A stretch of 62,297 bases of DNA, the filler included. It is 11 parts of 11 records of this genome, joined end to end, with 100 filler letters (N's around TTAATTAATTAA, not from the genome) between each part and the next. Parts side by side here need not be neighbours in the genome. Positions count along the whole stretch, not along the records: positions 58,788 to 62,297 come from SRR7504441_4740; 10 more parts are not named here. One strand, given 5' to 3'. Shown here one piece after another: positions 59,090-62,297 of the stretch. The notes beneath the pieces were generated by a model. The model was not told the origin of the DNA, did no database searches, and saw nothing but the letters and a program-made list of their open reading frames with translations. Position 1 is the stretch's first letter. Each line of letters opens with the position of its first letter. A program made the translations under genes and the position numbers.

Positions 59090-60142
59090 ATGGCGAGCTG
59101 CGCCGAGGTGCTCAGCAATGCGCGGCTGTCGCCGCTCCAGAGGCGAGCGGCGGGGTGATCGGGGCGATCGGCCGGGGCAGGAAGAAGTACCGGAAGGCGA
59201 TGCTGGTGGACGAGTCGCAGGTGGGGTGGAGCAAGAAGACGCTCCGGCTCAAGGCCGGGGACGTGAAGGAGTGGCACGAGCAGCACAAGCTGATCCAGGC
59301 CCACCAGACCCAGCAGAAAAAGTACAACGCCGCGCTCGAACAGCGCGAGGCCAACCTGGCCCGCAAACGAGGGGAACACCCCGGCGCGGCCGACCACCCG
59401 CCGGGCCGGAGCGTGCAGGCCGACCGGGTGGGTTCCGGCCGCCCTCAGCCCGAGGAGCGGTCCGGACAGGTGCTCGAGGTGGAGCGGCAGGTGATCGGGG
59501 CCGAGTGCGCCGAGGCGGACGCCTGGACGGCGCACTATCGGGCCTGCTCGCTGTTTGATCAGACGTATGCCGAGCAGATGAAGCGACTGGCCGGGGAGAG
59601 GGACCACTTCAGGCTCGCCCAGCTGCACCACGAGACGCTGGCCAGCAAGCGCACCGCCGAGCAGGCCTCCGAGCTGGCGGCCTCTGTGCTACAGCTGCGC
59701 GAAGGTAGGCCGGCCAGCAGCCAGCGGTCAGCGCGTGTGCAGGGCTGCCCGAGCTGAGAGAGCAGCTCGTGGCCCAGCCGGAGGACGGGCCAGAGCCCGA
59801 GCCCGAGCCCGAGCCCGAGCCGAACCGGGCGGCACTGTTCCATCACACGTTGCTAAAGGTGTGCTTTGGCCGGTGACTGAGGCATGAAAGGCTGTGGCAG
59901 CACCCACCAACCAGCTTGCTTGAGTGCGACGCACTTACCCGGCCCGGGCAGCTGCCCACTCAGAAATACGCGACTGAGCTAGCCATCCCGCAACGCTACG
60001 GTGCGGTGCGCGTAGGGTGCAGCTCGAGAGGGGGGCAGCTATCCACCGGGCCGACCTGTACACGGATGCGAGATGGAGCGGGATGAGCCCGCACCCTCAA
60101 GCGCTGCTACCTACCAGAGAGCCGCTGTACCCGACCTACTAA
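59090..60142 (+). CDS. Hypothetical coiled-coil protein with several mini-introns; 3' end approximate
   Basis: MASCAEVLSNARLSPLQR|KKYRKAMLVDES via GC-AG intron 59143-59180. Confidence 0.6.
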
Positions 60143-60238
60143 GCGATCGTGCCGGATTTCACCTATGTGAGGTTAGCGGGAATTATAAAAGATCCGGGGG
60201 GTAAAGTCCGTTAGTCACAATCTGAATCGATACAAGCC

Positions 60239-61841
60239 ATGACGAGTGCGGCCTCCTATCTCGGCGAGGAGCTGTCAAGCCTCACCGGCCTCCTATCTCG
60301 GCGGGGGACCCCCGAGTCGGTTGCGGTCGGGGATGCCAACATCGCCTGGATGCTGGCGGCCAGCGTATTCGTGATGCTGATGACCCTCCCCGGGGTGCAG
60401 CTCTTCTACGGCGGCATGGTGCGCGGCCCGAACGTGCTCAACACGCTGCTGATGAGCTGCGCCGGGGCCGGAATAGTCACCACCGCCTGGTTCCTGGCCG
60501 CCTACTCCCTAACTTTCACCGACGGCGGCCCGATCAACGGGTTTATCGGCGGAGCCAGCAGGATGGTACTGGTCAATCTGGCACCGAGCTCGATCGAGCC
60601 CAACTCCGGCCTGCCAGAGACGCTTTACTGCTTCTACCAGCTCTCGTTCGCCATCATCACAGTCTCGTTGCTCTCGGGCGCGGCGGCCGAGCGGGTGGAC
60701 TTCCGGAGCTTCTGCCTGTTCGCGCTCCTCTGGACCTTTTGCGTGTATGCGCCGATCGGGCACTGGGTGTGGGGCGGCGGCTGGGCACAGCGCTGGGGCG
60801 TGCTGGACTTTGCGGGCGGGACAGTGGTCCACATCAATTCAGGGGTGTCTGGGCTGGTCCTCGCTGCGATGGTCGGGGCCAGGAGGCCGGTTCCAGCCAA
60901 CATACCTCGGCAGGAGCGGCCGGCGCTCACTGTTATGGGGACTGGGATGGTCTGGTGTGGCTGGTTCGGGTTCAACGGAGGCTCGGCATTCGCAGCCGAT
61001 GCATCGGCGGCCCAGGCCTGCCTGAACACACAATTGGCAGCTGGGATAGGTGTTGTGGTCTGGATATTCTGGGAGACCGTCAACACCTCTCAGGTCTCCG
61101 CTGTCGGGATCTGCAACGGCGCCGTGGTCGGGCTCGTCGCAATTACGCCGTGTGCAGGCTTTGTGACCTACTGGGCGGCCATTACGATTGGGGCAGTGAC
61201 GGTTGCGATAGTGATTGCGGCAGAGTACGCTCTGCTCCGGTGGGGCGAGAAGCTCAGGTTCCCCGACGATGCCGTCTCTGCCTTTGGAGTGCACGGGATG
61301 GGCGGAATCGTGGGCGCCATCCTGGTTGGGGTGTTTGCCGACTCGGACGTGGACCCGAACAGCAGCGGCGCTATCGATGGCAATCCGGCCCAGATCGGCA
61401 AGCAGCTGTGCGCCGTGCTTGCCACGATCGCTTACTCGGCTGCGGTCACTGCGCTGCTGCTGCTGTTGATGCTGCTTCTGGGGATCCCACTGCGGGTGTC
61501 GGAGGAGGAAGAGGGAGGGGCTCGACCTAGCAATGCATGGGTACGAGAGCTCAAGCGCTGAGCTGAAACAGCTCGAGGATGCAAACGTAGGTACCGAACC
61601 CAGTCGCGACCTTAGAGGGTCGAGTTGGTTCCGACAGTCGATGGGTTGGCACCAGGTCAAGGCGGTGGGGGAAGGTAATGCCATTGAAGAAGCAAACGTA
61701 GCCTCAATCGAAATGGCACAGACAAGTGACACGCCTGAGGATGCAAGAGTACCTCACCATGTAGCTCGACATGCACCTGAGCGATCAGCGGTAGGACCGG
61801 GTGTTAGTCGACCGGAAATGCCGGCCGTAGATCAACTATAA
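60239..61841 (+). CDS. AMT: Ammonium transporter (Amt/Mep), probable 31-nt intron 61541-61571 before the C-terminal tail
   Basis: LFYGGMVR, GAAAER, DFAGGTVVHINSG, GWFGFNGGS, GLVAITP, DDAVSAFGVHG (twin His). Confidence 0.96.
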
Positions 61842-61890
61842 GTAAAGCAAATGAATTCATAATGATTCATAACATATACATTTTAGAACG

Positions 61891-62297
61891 GTGAACGAAC
61901 TGGGTCGCAGACACTTCAGTCGGTACTCGGAATGCGCCATAAAGGACGTCCTCTTGATGTGCAGCGAGTATGATGCGGTATCCCTATACCACCTGTCGGC
62001 GATCTGGGCGATGTGGAGACATTGGTGCGAATACATGTACGAAGAGAACTATGATGCTGACCGGATTTGGGCGTGCCGCGTCTTGACATACTTTAAAGAC
62101 GAGGTACAAAACTACAAAAGCGTATCTGGGAGTCGAAGACCGCAATGCAGTGGGCTGAGATAGCGCAGGGCCATCGAGAAGCAGCAGCGAGCGGTGCACC
62201 GCGAATGCCGGAGAAGGAATTCCTCCTCATAAGGGCACACCAGGTGGATACAAACCCAGTCGATTGTGGAGAGAGCAACCCGTGGATAGGTAAGGAG
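61891..62297 (+). mobile_element. Possible degenerate non-LTR retroelement C-terminal remnant
   Basis: SAIWAMWRHW resembles the WxIWxxR motif at the end of L1-type ORF2; frames interrupted; weak. Confidence 0.2.

Noticed and set aside
517-61732. Many long overlapping or antisense ORFs in the track (e.g. 517-1371, 11695-12696, 23544-24491, 60839-61732)
   Set aside because: Shadow frames of GC-rich coding sequence with no recognisable motifs
1-62297. Alternative genetic code or selenocysteine readthrough to explain broken ORFs
   Set aside because: In the genes I reconstructed, internal stops fall inside removable GT/GC-AG mini-introns; TAA, TAG and TGA all serve as true stops

Overview
This is not one locus. 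It is 11 short contigs of a compact unicellular eukaryote, probably a marine heterotrophic protist MAG (lineage not determinable from sequence alone), joined by ten artificial 100-nt N spacers carrying TTAATTAATTAA. Genes are densely packed, often head-to-head with 44-184 bp between start codons. They are split by tiny (~35-50 nt) spliceosomal introns, several with GC donors. Once these are removed by hand, recognisable genes include an FKBP-TPR immunophilin, haloalkane dehalogenase, PEX19, an amino-acid permease, a BNR sialidase, Rpp14, a WD40 protein, a telobox Myb protein, a Cys-loop channel, a beta-helix CAZyme, HUWE1/UPL1, FANCI, a PI-PLC-X protein, NUDT5, an OGT/SPY-like gene, a hotdog thioesterase, TBCA and an ammonium transporter. 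The most interesting candidates are: an RWD/UBC-like + DUF3626 + double-UBA protein (possible ubiquitin-guided ADP-ribosyltransferase-like enzyme); a giant DUF3638-type scaffold with integrated lectin/membrane-binding modules; genes missing their middles (Cys-loop channel without ligand-binding domain, OGT without most of its catalytic domain); a peroxisome-targeted dehalogenase behind a long hairpin; a shared YAACGG motif in micro bidirectional promoters; and repeat-filled introns. All domain calls are motif recognition by eye, with no database search.
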